Below are positions 61,445-64,000 of a DNA stretch of 64,000 bases, one piece after another; the first letter of the stretch is position 1, and the number at the start of each line of letters is the position of its first letter. The notes below the pieces were generated by a model. The model was not told where the DNA came from and ran no database searches. It saw only the letters and a list, made by a program, of their open reading frames with translations. Origin of the DNA: Patellaria atrata CBS 101060 (taxonomy: Eukaryota); the NCBI GenBank assembly GCA_010093705.1, contig MU006109.1, positions 62,001-126,000 of the forward strand. Direction: 5' to 3'. Position numbers and translations under genes: made by a program.

Positions 61445-62955
61445 TCACAACCTCCCCTCTCCAACCATGCCCTCCAGCTCCTCCACGGCTCTCTCTTCCT
61501 CTTCTTCCACTTCTTCTCGATTCACCAAAATAAAGCTAAAGAAGACAATGATCGCGCCAATCCAGTACACAAAACCGGAAGACTGACCATGGATAATGAT
61601 CTGTCCGACCAGGGACACAGGGATAGTCAGGTTAAGGCCGACAGTCACGAGAAGTGGAGAGGTAAGCAGCAATGCGTATGCCCAGGAGAAATCAGAGATG
61701 ATAGACATAACTCCATTTGCCTGTTGGGTAAAATTAGCAATAGTACCCGCAAAGGAGTCAAAGAAGGGTACGCACAATCAAAATCTTCCAGACCGTCCCA
61801 GTAGGGGGTAAATCAAACCTCTCGATCCCCACCAAATGCAAAATAAAGAACCCCGGCCACAACATCGTGGTGTTGAACAAACCGACTAGGCCAAAGAAAA
61901 GCGGCATGTTCACTCTACTCTCATCCCCGACCCGCTTTTTCAGCATAACGATATACACTCCGTAGCAAAATGCGGAGAATACCGCCATGACGTCTCCCAC
62001 CGCCAGCTCTGCGGATGTCTTACTGGGGAAACTGCCTCTCGACTCATCATCCGTGCCGCCGGAGTCGACGAGACTGATCAACCCAACCCCGGCCAGTGAT
62101 AGCAAGACCCCAATAACTTTTCCTCTAGTGAAGCGCTCTACCCCGATGACGGAGCCGAGGATCAACGTCCAGATCGAGGAGGTCGAGGAGAGGATCGTCG
62201 AGGATGCGACGGTGGTGTAGGAAAGGCAAGCGGTCATGAAGTAGTTCGCGATGAACCAAAGGATGCTAAATCGGAGAGAGAGGTGTGCGGTTTCGGCTAG
62301 CGTGAGACCCTTGGGGATGCTTCTGCTATGAGAGAGGATGGGGAGGGCCGAGAGGGAGTCATCCATGTTTATGGTGGTGGAGGGGGTGCTTCCGCGGAGA
62401 CTGGTGGGTGGTTCGTCAGGTTTGAGGAAGGCCTCTGATTCTTCATTTTCGTCGGCAATCAGGTCGGATGAGGGAGAGGGGGCGTGAGGGGATGAGACTC
62501 TGGTTTGTAGGAGGTCTTGAAATGATGATATCGAATGTCGATGTTTTTGTATGTGGCGGAGTAGCATAGGGATTAGAGGACCGATGAAGAAGAGGGAGTT
62601 GAAGTAGGTCACGAAAAAGGGTTTAGAATATGTGTTATTGGCGAACACGCTCTGTGAATTTGACCATTAGCTCCGTAGTTTTCGCCGTTACGATTTATTA
62701 TCTTCCTTCTCTCCATGTATCTGATGGACTCACACTCGCCAAAAAGTTACCTCCAGTCCATAAGAGGACCACTAGTAGCATCAAAGTAACGCCCAAAGAA
62801 TGTCTAAAGCCCTTCTTCTTTGTAACGCTCTGCCATATTCTCCGCATCCGCCTTACTCTTTGAGACCCTATGTTTGAAGACCGCCATGAGTTCACATCCG
62901 TTGTCGAATAAGTCCTCGATGGATACCCATCCTGTAGAGTAGGTCTTATCGGCAT
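61445..62955 (-). CDS. EamA/DMT-superfamily transporter (SLC35F5 / Thi74-like)
   Basis: Three exons; VVLLWTGGNFLAS, YSKPFFVTYFN, LWFIANY, YTTVASSTILSSTSS, FFGLVGLFN, LTSPLLVTVGLNLTIP. Confidence 0.85.
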
Positions 62956-63579
62956 TATGTATTTATGTTCTAGGTATTCACCGCGCAATATTTCTATTTG
63001 TTTTCGTACTAAGAGAGTCTCGTCGGGTTACCAGCGCGGTACTGGTCCTCCTTAGACATAGAGGATGCTGTGAGATAAACGAATGAGTGACATAGTAGTG
63101 TAGAATTCGGTTGCGCGAGATACAACGCTTCGGTGGGGGTGATCGGGTGAAATTGTGGTTAGAATAATGGTCGCAGAGATAAAACTAAGGTAGTTGAGAG
63201 GGGATTCGAGATGACGCGCATTTGCTCCAAGGTTCCGTCTGGTTTCCGAGCCCATCGCGCCAGACAAGGTATTCCTTACAACATCTACATGTCCACATTC
63301 ACTATTGATTGGAATACGAGTCGAAAGTACCGGCGTATAGTACAAGACTGTACACCGGTATGGGTAATTTGCGCGATACTTTCACAACTACTATCTACAG
63401 CGCCTACCAACTCCTGAAAACGAGGGATATACAAAACACCATCCGTTCGGCAGGACAGAAATCCCATCATTAGCGTACCCCTGTGTATGTAGTTTGCCCG
63501 GACGCCATTGCAATGATTGAAGCGAAGCCAAAAGAATCGAACCAAGCCAGCATGGTAGGAATCCTATGTTTGAAATGCA

Positions 63580-64000
63580 TCAGCAGGCGCAGCCATCCCT
63601 ATCATTATCTAAGTTGATGGGTATCGTCTCTGGAAAGTCGGAATTGAAGTCGTTGTTTGCCTCTTCTTGGGCGAGGGCTTGTCGTGCAATCACTGGGAAC
63701 CGGTCAGAAAATATGAACATTCCGTTGGAACAGGGTATTGTTACCTTCAAATGCTTGCTCAACATTAACAGCTTCCTTTGCGCTAGTCTCGAAGTATGGA
63801 ATTCCTCCTTTAGATTGACAGAAGGTCATAGCTCGTTTTGACGAGATCTTAACTTTGATCAGCTTTGGTCGAAAGGTACGATGAATGTGGCCTACCATGC
63901 GCTTGCTCTCTTCGACGTCGATCTTGTTGCCAAGGACAACCTAGCAATTTATCAGCTCGGTGTTCGGCGACGATAGAAATGCAATATTACAAATGGGAAG
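63580..64000 (-). CDS. YPT7: Rab7 GTPase, 3' exons (5' part outside window)
   Basis: [58 protein letters not shown] and a C-terminal CAC (CXC prenylation motif). Confidence 0.94.

Overview
Gene-dense eukaryotic DNA from a filamentous ascomycete (Pezizomycotina-type short GT...CTRAC...YAG introns). It contains about 22 protein-coding genes, mostly housekeeping: GGPP synthase (3' end), ketopantoate reductase, a VWA protein with prion-like ends, NCS2, PTM1-like, translin, GPI11, a CMD/AhpD protein, BMT6, transketolase, a CFEM membrane protein, PRM10, an M6 metalloprotease, TRM3, a short kinesin-3, VPS16, a PDR ABC transporter, PUS4, an SLC35F/EamA transporter and Rab7 (3' end). The best finding is missed by the ORF track: a U2 snRNA gene at about 9629-9889 split by a 75-nt spliceosomal intron (9647-9721) placed immediately before the GCU that forms catalytic U2/U6 helix Ib. 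Other notable items are an orphan Myb-like protein with tandem histone H3/H4-tail-like motifs, a frameshifted DUF7587-like pseudogene, and an 88-bp tandem duplication whose 13 differences are all transitions (RIP-like). All gene calls come from motif recognition and manual splicing, not database searches.
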